Positions 40,916-54,089 of a DNA stretch of 64,000 bases are shown one piece after another; position 1 is the first letter of the stretch; each line of letters opens with the position of its first letter. The notes under the pieces are model-generated. The model worked only from the letters and a program-made list of their open reading frames with translations. It was not told where the DNA came from and ran no database searches. Source of the stretch: the human T2T-CHM13v2.0 reference genome, Homo sapiens; assembly GCF_009914755.1 (NCBI RefSeq), contig NC_060932.1, one strand, 5' to 3'. Position numbers and translations under genes: made by a program.

Positions 40916-42599
40916 AAGGAGGTATTTCATTTAATTGTTCGGGACCACAATAATTTTTAAAAACAGAAAGGGAACTACACATGTTTTATAGAGGTTTCTT
41001 TTGTAATGTCCCATTACTGTCCATGAAGTAGGTTTATAATTTCATTTACATAACTCAATCTTGAACTTTGAGAAAAGGGTTTGGCAACACAATTCCAGGA
41101 GGAGCCACTCATATCATCAATCAAGTGAAGGCAACACCCTCCCCCAGGGTTATGCAGTGTAAACTTGGCATGGTCACAGTCAGTGAGCAAAGGGGGCATC
41201 ATCTGTTGGAGAGTGGCACCTGTTGGTCAGATTTAGGTATTACAGCCTGGCTCTACTAGGAACCCAATGCCCAGTACCTCTCTACCCCCTCAAAATGCTG
41301 GGGCAAAAGAGTACTATTTATTAGTTAAACAATTATTCACAAAGTTCCTATCAAGAGCTTGGCTCAACAGCTAAAAGTGCTAATGACTCACAATATTAAG
41401 TAGCGAGAATGCATTTCCTCCAAGCAAAGAAATTGTGAATGTGGTTACTTTACTACTAAGTTTAATGCTATTACAGCTTGAAGTTTCTCAGGAAATTCAA
41501 GTTAAAAGGTATAACAACACTGTTGTCATTTAAAAAGTAAACTGACTGTGACAGTCTGGGATATTATATTTTTCTTCACAAAGAACCTCCTGGAATTCAA
41601 ATATTACTTTGCTTATCATTGACAACTCATCTAGAACGGTAGAAGAAAATTGAACTGTTTAAAAAAGGGATGTCAGTGCAATATATTCACCAAATTAGAA
41701 AAGAATAAATAAATAAATACAACCTTAAAGCTGCAGAGATTAATTTAATTTGGTTACTTCCCTGGAAATCACTCAGAATGATGGGAATGGGAAGGGGAAG
41801 AAAGATCGATTCTTATTTAGAGGAACTCACAGCAATTGAAATTGAAATGTTCATATGAAGGCGAAAACCATTAAAAACTGTAGGTGATTTGACAAATCCA
41901 CTTTTTTCACGGTTTATGGTATTATTTTAGGCAACATATTATGCCTTGTCTAGCAGGTCAATTGACAAATTTGGAAACCTCTTGTTTTTGTTTTTGTTTT
42001 TTTTTTAAATGTACGTGAATAGATGTTTTGTAGATTGGAAAATCTGGGTAGATTTGATAATGCAAACCTCAGAACTAACTTTGCTGAACCTCTGCTGTCA
42101 GTTACAATGGTGGGGCCCTAGCAACTCTACAGTTCTGGCTGAAGAGGAATTTTCCTACATTCAAGCTTCTATAGCAAGCTTTAAAGTAAAGGGGGTAAAA
42201 GACCATTAAAAATATTTCTCAACACTACGCAACACAAAATCTACAGTGGAATAAAGGTTTGCATGGGGCTTCACAATGGCATATAGATCATTTAGTGGAA
42301 AATTCAACAGACACAATGTGATTGTAGTTAAATCATTTCCCATTGTGATGACATTAAAGGTGCCCATTTATTTTGTAAAACACAAGAGGGACATATACAA
42401 ATCTGCACTGAACAAAGAGCCAGCCTTTTGCAAACACTTGTTGCTACTTTTAGGATGAAAAGACAAATCAAACTTGCCCTTTCTGATTGTCAATGAAATC
42501 TGCACCTCCAACCCTAAATAAGTAAATCAATCAATCAATCAGTAGTTAGACTTTTCTAAGAAAGGAAACTGGAGCACTATAAAGAACATTTTTTTTTTC

Positions 42600-43010
42600 A
42601 CCTTTCAACTCTGCATCCACTCCTCCTCATTTGGAAATAGGATCTATATTGTTTTTGGAGCACCTATCTAATACTCCCAGGCATGAATATTAATTGGGCC
42701 AGTGAATACAATCAGAATGTTTCCTTAACTTTGAAGACTTTGGCGGAACTTCCAGGAAAGAGACATTTTTCTATTGAATTTGTGGCTGGGGACTGCCATA
42801 TGCAGAGATCGCACCAGAAAGTAAAGCAAAGAAAGACAAAACAGACCTAGGAGATGGGATTCATGACATGGAGTGAGTCCTGAATTCAGCCATGGCTGAG
42901 CTCTGTTGGCTTTTTCAGTTTTGTGAGCCAATAAATATCTATTTTATGATTGCATAAAATAGACTGAGTTACTTTTATGACACTTACAGTTGAACAAATT
43001 CTGAATAATT
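42600..43010 (+). mobile_element. MLT1K/L-like LTR
   Basis: GAGTCCTGAATTCAGCCATGGCTGA..TTTTCAGTT..GTGAGCCAATAAAT..CACTTACA. Confidence 0.55.
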
Positions 43011-43119
43011 TGAACATATATCAGCTTGCATTAAAATAAGGTCATGCCAGATACTCAATAAATGATATTTTTATGAAACCACAACAAAGAAAAATAAAAT
43101 CAGACTGTTGTTAGAAATA

Positions 43120-43690
43120 CTGAGTTTTCCATTTTAGTCCTTAAATCCTTAGCATGGCATTCTGAGTTGTCCATTACTTAGTCCCACTCATTTTTGCAAT
43201 AATATTACTAAAACACTGTCCCCTTATTTCTAAGATCAATTCATACTAATCTACTAGCCACACTCAAACATACCTTGCCCTTTTGTGCCTCTTTGACATT
43301 GCTCATGTCATTCTTTTGGCTTGAAATGTGACCTCTAACCCTTTTCTCCATTGTTCAGGCTATAGACTATTCTTCAAAGCCAAGTTTAAGTATCATTTTC
43401 TCTGTGACGCTTTTCCCAATCTTCCAGTCAGTTTTAATGATTCCTCTTCTGCAAAGCTCTTGCTTATATCAAGTAACGCATGTGAAAGATGTTTTGTGCA
43501 CTACTGAGAGCCATACAAAGGTAAGTTACTTTTAGTATTACTGAATACTTATATTGTTTTTTTTTCTTACAGTTATGTCATATGTGTATCTTTTTCACTA
43601 AACTGGGAACAATTTGAGGGCAGGGATCATCTTTATTTTTCTCACAGCCTAGTAAATTGTCTTGGCAAAATAAATACTACATAGTTGATG
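43120..43690 (+). mobile_element. L2
   Basis: CCTTAGCATGGCATTC..TTCTTCAAAGCCAAGTTTAA..TTGAGGGCAGGGATCAT..CACAGCCTAG. Confidence 0.6.
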
Positions 43691-44261
43691 CATTTCAGAC
43701 ATGCACTAGTCATTTGATTTTTCTCTTGCAAAACCAGAACCCATACAAATTAAATCACCAGCCCATCCCAAATGCAACTAGCCTAAAAGAGATTTGAGAA
43801 ATTTTAGAAATAAAATATTTTAAAAACCCAATAAAGATGAATAGAGTTGAAAACATTTTAAAGGAAATGGTGTTTGAATACATTGATCAAGACATATTAA
43901 AAGTTAGAGGATGCAGGAAAAGCTGTGGGGATTGCAAAGGCCAACAGAGTACATCTTAAGCTGTAAACTTATAACTACCCTGTTAAAGAGGATGCTTCCC
44001 AAAACAGCCACCTACCCTCCCAAAGAAAAACCAACAATCAACAAACCATAAAATATGTACATCTTCCTATACACATTAAAGACCAAATCAAACACAGAGC
44101 AGTCTTTAAAGCTGACTCTTTCTGCTTTAAAAAGGAAATAATTTGGTTGTTCCAGAGAGAAAATAAGAAAATGCCCCTAAGGCAAGTATTTCAATCAAGT
44201 AGACAGTTGGGGTTGGGAGAATATGGGGAGGGGTGGATGTAGTGGTGACAGAGCCCCTTGG

Positions 44262-44658
44262 CAGAGGTCACAAACTCTATTGTCTACTGGGGACTAGACA
44301 GGTAATGCAAATGAGCAGAGAGGCCAGAAGGAGGGAAAACAAAGCTTGACTATCAACAGCAAATGACACTTGCCCTCAGTTTTGGGGGAAAATGGGCAGT
44401 AGTGGGAATCATTGCTAACCAAAAAGGAATAGTGTTCTACAGGGAGCCATCACTATTCCATCCCAGCCTATTATTTCTTTGTGGGAATTCAGGTCAAAAG
44501 TTTCCAGAAAACCTGATTTTCTAACAAACAGCTAAAATGCATATTTTAAGCGAAATTTTTATTATTAAATACTGGTATATAATTTGCATAAAACTTTTAA
44601 AGCATTGGGGAGGTCAGGCAAACACACCTATTGCCAAACTTCAAATTTGTAGCCTCTG
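44262..44658. mobile_element. hAT-Charlie-type MITE (family uncertain)
   Basis: Terminal inverted repeats CAGAGGTCACAAACT / AATTTGTAGCCTCTG (12/15). Confidence 0.65.
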
Positions 44659-45384
44659 CTGTATAAAGTACATGAGATCAGCAACCCTCCCCATCACATG
44701 GCATTTAAAATGATTTTTTAAGTTTCCATACAACTCTCTAATGGGTTAACCATGAAGTTCCCTAAGATGGGCTGAGGGACCACAATAGAAATTTTGAACA
44801 TTTATATAGTGCCATATGTTTACAAAATGCTTCCTCTCAATTCCTCCTTAAAGCAGTTTTGGAAGAAAGCTGTTATTATTCCCATTTTCAGATCAGCTTT
44901 ACAGCAGGCTCTGGAGAAGGCAAAAAGGGGTCCCACAGGCCTTTCATATTCCCACTTCCATTCATTCACAGCAAATATTTATTGAGCACTATCTGTAAGT
45001 CAGACATTCTCATTCCATTACTCTCTTCACTGCCACAGGATGAGGAAGGCTAACAAATTCTCAAAGATTATTCATTCTCTTTTTATCTATAAGGTATTTA
45101 AAGTGGTTCACCAATTATTTAGGTTGTATACCATCTGTGAATCATTATGCTCTTCGCACATGAAATGCTAATTTAGTCAACATAAAATAATTAAATAGAG
45201 ACAATTATAGGTAATATTAGATGCCTACCTTGAACTAAATTGTAGCATGGACAAGTGGTGGTTAATAACAAAGATTAAGACCAGCTTGTGAGAGAAAAAA
45301 CTTAACATTGGGAAAACAGCGTTAGTAAAATAGTCTTTTTGTGCACTGAGGAAAGGACATCTGTACTTAGGACGGGTTAGTTGC

Positions 45385-46064
<680 letters not shown>

Positions 46065-47139
46065 GTTGCTTACATCAAATCAGAGTAGCAAGATAGTACA
46101 GGGACAACTCATAAGCCCCAGAGCCTGACATACTCAAGCTGTCCTCACTAAAGGTGACTGGAGGGGTCTGTTGAGGGACCACAGTTTATCTTAGGCCACC
46201 CCTACCCCAGGTACCTTCCTCACTGACAAATTCCTTTTTCAATCCCAACCTTTCCCATCCTTCATATTCTGGTATATGAAACCTCCATCCCTTTTTACTC
46301 ACTCTTGCGCGGCATCACCAACTGGCAAATCCCAAATTCTGCCCACAGGAGGCTGTGTTTAACTGGCATGGTACTTTGAATGCCTTCACTCAAGACTTGG
46401 ACTCTGGTAGACTCCAGTCCCCAGCCCTCTCTGCAGCCTTCAATCCCATGATCTGCTGACCCCTGAAGCTATTTAAATGATGAATTCTTCTCTGGGCACT
46501 CTCCTAAGAGAGGACTAGCAGTTCCAAATTCCTGCTCTCCTAAAGGGTAAGCCATGGAGATATATATGAGAACTGTGATTTCCAGTGGCCTTCCCAAATT
46601 CCCCATTCTCACTGGGGCCTGTGAATTTGCTGAGAGAACTCTCTAGGGAGCCCTGCAGAAAATCTCAAATGCATAGCAACTCACATCTCCAGAGCCACCT
46701 CCTGTTGGATCTTTTATTTTGCCACTGACTTCTTCAACCTTTCCTTACCTGTATCACACACTTATTAGTTATTGCCCTCTGCTTTGCAAGTATTACTTAT
46801 ACAGTTTATATCCTAGTATTATGTACTATCTAAAAACTGCTTTACAATAGTTTGCTAGTTGTTTCATTTGTGCTGGCATTGGCTATTGTGATGATATCTC
46901 AATTTTGTATAACTTTTTTGGACAGAAGTTGTATAATGTTTACAATGTTCATATGAAATGGATATAGTTGCTCAGTGCAGGGAAACCTAGGAGCTCTGGG
47001 AATATAGATTGCTATCCTGGGTACAGCAGGGCAGACTAGTCCTTAAAAGGGCCCAGAAGTTTCTATTTCTCCTTTCTTAGACTGTAAATGTTGTTTCCAA
47101 TAATCTTTTCCTGTTGACTCCACTTTTCCTTAAATCTAA

Positions 47140-47517
<378 letters not shown>

Positions 47518-47819
47518 TAACAGGATTTGTGCAGAGGTGCTATTTCTACAAGTTCCATATTCCAAAACAGTTCTAAGAAAATGGAGAATCTTCCTTTTTT
47601 GGCTGACTCTTATTCTCCTTCTAGGGGTAAGTAGCCCTCCCTACAAATAATCAGTGGGGAAGAAATCATTTTCATTTCTGAGTTCCTAGCTCAAAGGGGG
47701 TATAAGATATCCTAGTCACCAGGGAGAATAGAGTAGTTAAAAAGCAAAGGATAAGATTCTTTGAACTGCGTCTGAATAAAGATAAACTGAAACCATTTTG
47801 GGTACAGACAGATTACATC

Positions 47820-48035
47820 AGTGCTCTGGGGTCAGGTTCAAAGGTCAATCACAGTTGTAGCACTTACCTGCTTAACCGGGAAAATTATTTTACTGCTCTA
47901 TACCTCAATTTCCTCATTTATAAAATGGGGATAGTAAAAGTACCATCTCCCATACAGCTGGAGATTGGTTTAAAGGTTACGATACAATAGTTCTAACAAT
48001 AGTTCTTGGTACATAAGTGACTGAGAAATGCTTAA
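47820..48035 (+). mobile_element. MIR
   Basis: CCTCAATTTCCTCATTTATAAAATGGGGATAGTAA..TGGTACATAAGTG. Confidence 0.75.
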
Positions 48036-48324
48036 AACAACAATGGAAGGGAAGTATATCACATCCATGAGGGCAACCTGTCAGAATCCCAGATAATGTA
48101 TCATCCAAGTGCTGACAGAACATGGGATTATTAGAAAAACCACAACGGCCCATGCAGTCTGCTGGTGCTGCCCATCAGGAGGATGTGAACTGTCATATAA
48201 AAGATCAGAAGCAATCACACACACATTAGGTGGCTTCCAAAGGCAATATGACCTGGAGAGGTGGAGATTATTACAAGATCGACCAGCATTTTTTGGTAAT
48301 GTCTTTGCTTTTGAATGGGTGAGT

Positions 48325-48850
48325 TTGTAAGAGATAATTTTGGTTGCAACTCAGCCACCTCTAAATCAACTCATACCTACTACTTCCAGAATGGGCTGGG
48401 GGAGGAGGGTGCTGATTCACACATGTAACTGGAAATGTTGTCTTCAGTCACGATTGAATCTGGGACCTTGAACAATGTCATTCAGGTTCTATTTTTCTCT
48501 TTCTCTCCAACAGGCAAATAAGACATCCAACAGCAGGCTCAGACTCACTCTTTACTGACTTAGAAACCCCAGGAAAAAGGGGTAATTATCTTTCAATAGT
48601 TTTGACAAAAAGTCCTATAAAGATTTCTAATTTGCCCAGCTTGTGCCTTGTGTCTACCTCAAAAGTAATCACTGTGGCCAAAGGGATAGCATTCTTTGAA
48701 AAACCAGGCATAAGTCATATGCCTACCACTGTAGATGGGGGGCACTTGACTGCAACAAAATACACAGAATGGGTTTCCTATATGATTGAGGTCCCATGTT
48801 ACTTAACAAGTGGGAGGATGACAGACAGATAAGCCAAGAGAGGGCTCTTT
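48325..48850 (-). mobile_element. MLT1K/L-like LTR
   Basis: TTTGGTTGCAA start; CATGTAACTGGAAA..CTTCAG; AATCACTGTGGCCAAAGGGAT. Confidence 0.55.
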
Positions 48851-51800
48851 TGATAGGTAAGACAGAAAAAGCATTATCTGCAAAGCAAGAACCTGTGATA
48901 GGAAGTAACAAAGGCGATATCCCTTCACATTAAATCTACATCCTGTTAGTTATGGGGCCAATATTTGTATTTTGATAAACTGAATAATAACCTCTTTTAT
49001 CTCATTTCTTCTTCCAGTATTTCCCTGTACCCCAATGCCAAAAAGTTATAAAATTACAGAGATTGTTATTCAGCTCTGTGTTTCAAGAATTTAGCACAGT
49101 GCCTGCTTAATACTTTCTATGCTATCAACAAATGTTTATTGTGTTAAACTGGGAGTAAAGGGGAATTACCTAGCAACATACGAGCCCCAGTCACCCTTCT
49201 CAGCCCTGACTGCATAATACACACCTCGGAATAAGCTTTTCACACCCTACTACACAACCATCATGCTGAGCACCTCTGACCTCCTGAAGAAAGCATAGGA
49301 AGTTTGTTTCAAGCATGATTAAGTACCACCAGGTCTTTCTGAGATATCCAAACTAAGATGCATGTTCCTGGAATGCACAGCTGTGTCTTCTTTATCTCAA
49401 TTTCCCCAGCGTCAGGCACCAGGGAAGAGAACACAGCATGCATTCAATAAATACTTGTGAAAAGAAGAAAAGTATGAGCTCCTAAAAGAGAATGTGGAAA
49501 CCAAGGGCTTAAGATGGTAGCTTTGCATGATAGGGCTAGATTTAAGAGGCAGGAGTCATGGAAATGCACTTAAGTATCAGCAGCAGGAGGGAAAAAAAGT
49601 CAACAGTTATTGGGGACTGAGGAGCAGCCTGATTTATACTGACAAGCAAGCCTTGTGGGAATGAGAGAAACTCAACTGAGAGGTAGCACTGGCTTGCTTT
49701 CTCAATTGCACCCTCAGTGTTCAACACCCTTCTGGAGCTTTGGGAGGTCTGTGGTTCTCTACAAATGCCTAAGTTAAATTTCTGCCCTCCCACCTAGGGG
49801 GATCTCTTCCAGCTACATTCAACACATAAGGTGAGCTACCATTTACTGAGCACCTTCTATATTCCAGGCATTTTGTCAGGCACTGGACATCTTAAATTAT
49901 ATTGATTGTTAACAAGGAAGACCCTAAATAATAAAAGCTTAAGAGTGAGCCTAAGTTATACCAGAATTTCAATGCAGGTCTGGCTGACAATCTTATATTT
50001 TTTCTCTCTAGTAGAAAATTAAAGTCTTCTAGGGCTATTTTTCTAATGAATGTAGTACAATATATCTACATCCATTCTAAAGTACATAGAGCATAATGTT
50101 ACTCTTTTTGATGACTTATTGAGGTTAAATGGCTGTACCTTTGCTTGCAAGTGACATACAATATTGGATGATCGTATCTTTGAGTTGGGGGATGCTGATG
50201 CATGACTATGTATACAGCCCTTACAATAACAGAGATCTGCCTAAAGATGATCTGCTTTGTGGTATGGCCTTCAAGAACATGCTGCCATTTTTTAAAAAGG
50301 AGAACCACAAATTGCCTAAAGCAGTAAACTTTTAAAATTAGAACTTGCTATTACTGGTCACAACTAAATAAAATGACTTAACATCTAGTCTGTGTATTCT
50401 AGATAATTTGACTAATAAAGCCACAGCAACATTATGATCAAGCTATAAGAGTACCTTTAAGCTCAGAGCATTGAAAAAAAAGTAATAATTACGTTGGTGC
50501 TTCCATAAGTTATAATTGCCTCTTCTGTGATTACTGATAATTGCAGATAATTGTCAGCAACATGAAAGAGCTTTTCGTGGTCCCACACTAGACAATGCTA
50601 CAGGGAAGGCATCACAGAGCTGAGAGGGGAACTGAGGAAGGGGAGGGTGAGTTCATTCCTACTATAACTTGCTTGGTTTATTCTCTAAAATACATTATTA
50701 GAATATAATGATTTAATTATCTCATAAAACCATACTCTGAAGTACAGTACCTGCTTTTAGTAAAGAAGAAAAAAACACACATAAAAATATCTTTCCATCT
50801 TCAAATTCCTGACTTTTCAGAAAATACAGTCAATTTAAATCATTTAGAAGCCTACCTGAACATTCTAACATTGGGAAGGTCTGAACTGGCAGGCATGGTA
50901 AGAGATCATACTGTACGGGTGTGAGATACTTGAAAACATAGCCATTACTTCTGTCAGGGGAAAAATCACTTTCTCAGAAGTCTATTTTTCTCCGCATTAT
51001 TAGGATGAGGATAAAGCGGGTAAAAAAGATAATTTTACAATATAAATGCTCAGTGGAATATAGATGCTGATACATTTCACCCAAGGAATGTACATGAATT
51101 AACTGTTTCTGAAAACATAACACAATTGAGAAGATACAGGCTCTCAATGGCAGAATATTAAGAGATAAAGGACTAGATGCCCAGGAAAAGTAATCAGAAA
51201 ATCAGGTGGCTTATGTTTCTCTTCTGGGAGACTCATCAATAAGATGTCTACAGACAATCACTTACATTTTTGCTTTATCCAAATATCAAAGGTCAGAGTG
51301 GCTCAATTTACTGTTTCCTATACAAACTTTTTTTCATTGATTTAGAAAGGAGAAGAGTAAAAAGATAGATAGTAAAACTCCAATCAGCCTGAGAGAAAGG
51401 TTAAAGCCATTCTTTTTTATATGTATTCTGGGTGGTGATCCATAAAAAATAATTAGGACAAGGGTAAACCTATTATGTAGCACAGATTTGCCATCAGTCT
51501 TGTCAATCTTATTTGCTCAAGCACTAAAGATTTGTTGGACTCTGTGTCGATTTACAATTAAAATGTATATTAATGCATACGTATACATTTCTCTTCCTTC
51601 ATGCCATCTAGTCCATGTCAGTGAGAATGCCTGTCTGTTTCTTCTTTAGTCTAAACTAGCATCCTTGTGCATGCGGATCTAAAAATTGTAGTGTTTTTCC
51701 CTCTCTCCGTTCTATTTGTTGCATTGACCAATTCTTCACACATTTCTAAACATCCATCATCCAGCTGTTATCTCTACCCAGCACTCACTGTCTGTCACAT

Positions 51801-52704
51801 TTCCCTTGATCCTCCCTTTAAGCTAAGCTCTTTTAACACTGGCTGCCATGTCTATTTCCTTCATCCCTTTGCTAGCAGAGGAGGCTGAGCACAGGGGCTC
51901 TCACTCTCAGATGCTGGCTGTGTTATATGTAGGATTTTGTATTAGAGACCTGTCAGAGCTGGCCTGAAGGAGGGTACATTTGAAATCATTTCTCTTATTG
52001 AGAGATAAGTGCTCACTGTCATTTATTCTTCCATTCTCGCTTTTACCTTTCACACTACTTCCATATTTATCCTCCAGCTGCCTGCATATTTGACAATGTC
52101 ATTGTTGATAGTGTTATACTAGCAGATATGCACATGTATGGCTGAAGTGACTGATGCGTGACCTTCAGCGCGTTCTATGCTTAATACACACATTCGGGCT
52201 TCTTCCAAGAGTGTTTGGGCTGTGCTGACGATCTCTATCCAGGTCCTTATTTTCCTTAATGGTAATAATTATGCTAAGTGATAAGGCCTATGATTTATTA
52301 AGCTTCTTTCTTCCCAGGTAATTAAATGTCATATTACTGCAGCCACCTCATTTTGTTGGCATTCAACCAGACTCAGAAGCTACAGAGCAAATGCAAAAGA
52401 GAAGCTTTCCACCTTCATTGTGTAGGGAGATATTTTTGCTTAGTTTTTCAAACCCATATAGGATTACTCAACAAGGAATCTTACAGTCAGTAAGTATATA
52501 TATTTGTCAACAGAAAATACAGTGTGCCAAGGAAGTACTGGTTAACAAGGTCTCTATCCTATATGGTAATACAACATAACACAATTTGTCCACCATTCCC
52601 ACAATTGTGAGCTCTTGGGGGTGAGAACTGTATCTTCCCACAACTTTGCATTGCTTATAGTGTCCAGCACAGTGGTGACAGTTAACAACTACTGATTCAG
52701 TGAA

Positions 52705-52721
52705 ACACACACACACACACA

Positions 52722-52753
<32 letters not shown>
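52705..52753. repeat. (CA)n microsatellite, ~24 units with one interruption
   Basis: Direct reading. Confidence 0.95.
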
Positions 52754-52754
<1 letters not shown>

Positions 52755-54089
52755 TAAAAAGAGAGAAATCAAACGAGAGCAAGAGATAGGATGAGCTAGA
52801 AGGATCCAAGAGCATCATCCAACTTGATTTTAGTTCAAGTTGTAGAGGCCACTCCGAATGGCTTTGTGGGCAGGGGAAAAAGGTGTTTTTGGCAGTATTT
52901 TGGGAGACCTAAGCATATTGATGCTAGGTTTACAGCCACAGAAACTCATGTATCAAACTGAATTAAGAATGAGTGCCCACACAGAAAGACCGATGCAATG
53001 TTCAGTACTAAATAATCATACTCGGTCAGCAAACATAAGCTTTAATGGAGTTTTCAAAGAAAAACAGAAAACAATCATTTCACAAGGAAAGAGACACTGT
53101 TTCCACAAAGTTACTGTGAAGTTTTAATCTATTTAGGACAATTGCAGATTAAAGAAGTTAATATCCAGTTTAATTGTAAACCTTGTCAGCATGTCTTTCC
53201 AGATTTGTTACACTGAGAAACAAATGTATCATCAAGTATGAAATGCATCTGAACAAACCCAACATGGCTTAATGGAACAAGCAGTTTTTAATTTCTTTTT
53301 TCTTATTTACACAAATTATGAAAACAAAAAAAACAAGACATCTTGTTGCTCCTTGGGGCATAAACAAATAGCCATAAGAAGGTTATCCCAAAAAGAAACT
53401 GCAAGATAGATTATTTTGGTGTAAAGACATTTATACGTATCCACACAATGAATTTTGTTTAGATCTCTCTACTTAATAAAATACACAATGTTCCAGGCTG
53501 TTTTGGTCCTTGGAGGTCATTCTGATATTTGACATTTCTCTAGCTGAAAATGCAATTTTATTGGGCTTTACAAAATGTACTTTTTAGATATATATCTAAC
53601 TCATAAAATATATTTCATATCTGAAAATAGCTGGCCCAGTTGAACCAAAGGCGTGGCACAACATGTGTGCACTGTGATGCACAAAAGTTTGAAAATTAGC
53701 TCTGGGAGTCACAAACCTTTCAGACTGCTGACATGGTTTATTGAAGACTTTGGGGAGGAGGGAGGTGGGGGGCACTCCCTCAACCTCTTGCGGAAATGAA
53801 AGTTGTTCTTTGCTTGTGGACAAAAGGGTACAAGTCTACTGATAGGTCCAGACTTAAAATAGCCCATGAAATTGAAAGTAAGCACCAATGTCACAGTGGC
53901 TGAAATGGAAGCAATCATGAATCAGCTCCCATAATCTATCATAACGGTGTGTAGTGCTCTCCCTTTTCACTGCTATCATGCCTATTTCTGTAAATCACAT
54001 AGACAATTAGAGGTGACTCCCAGGGCTTTGGGAATAAAGCTAAACTTCTTACATGGAATACTTTCCTCTCTCGCACATGCCTTTTTCAT

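Noticed and set aside
41183-41230. CTCF-like GCAAAGGGGGCA and GGCACCTGTTGG
   Set aside because: Each mismatches a core position and lies in a probable MIR relic.
52083-52169. Hammerhead ribozyme reading of the three-way junction
   Set aside because: The CUGANGA and GAAA core nucleotides are absent at the junction on both strands.
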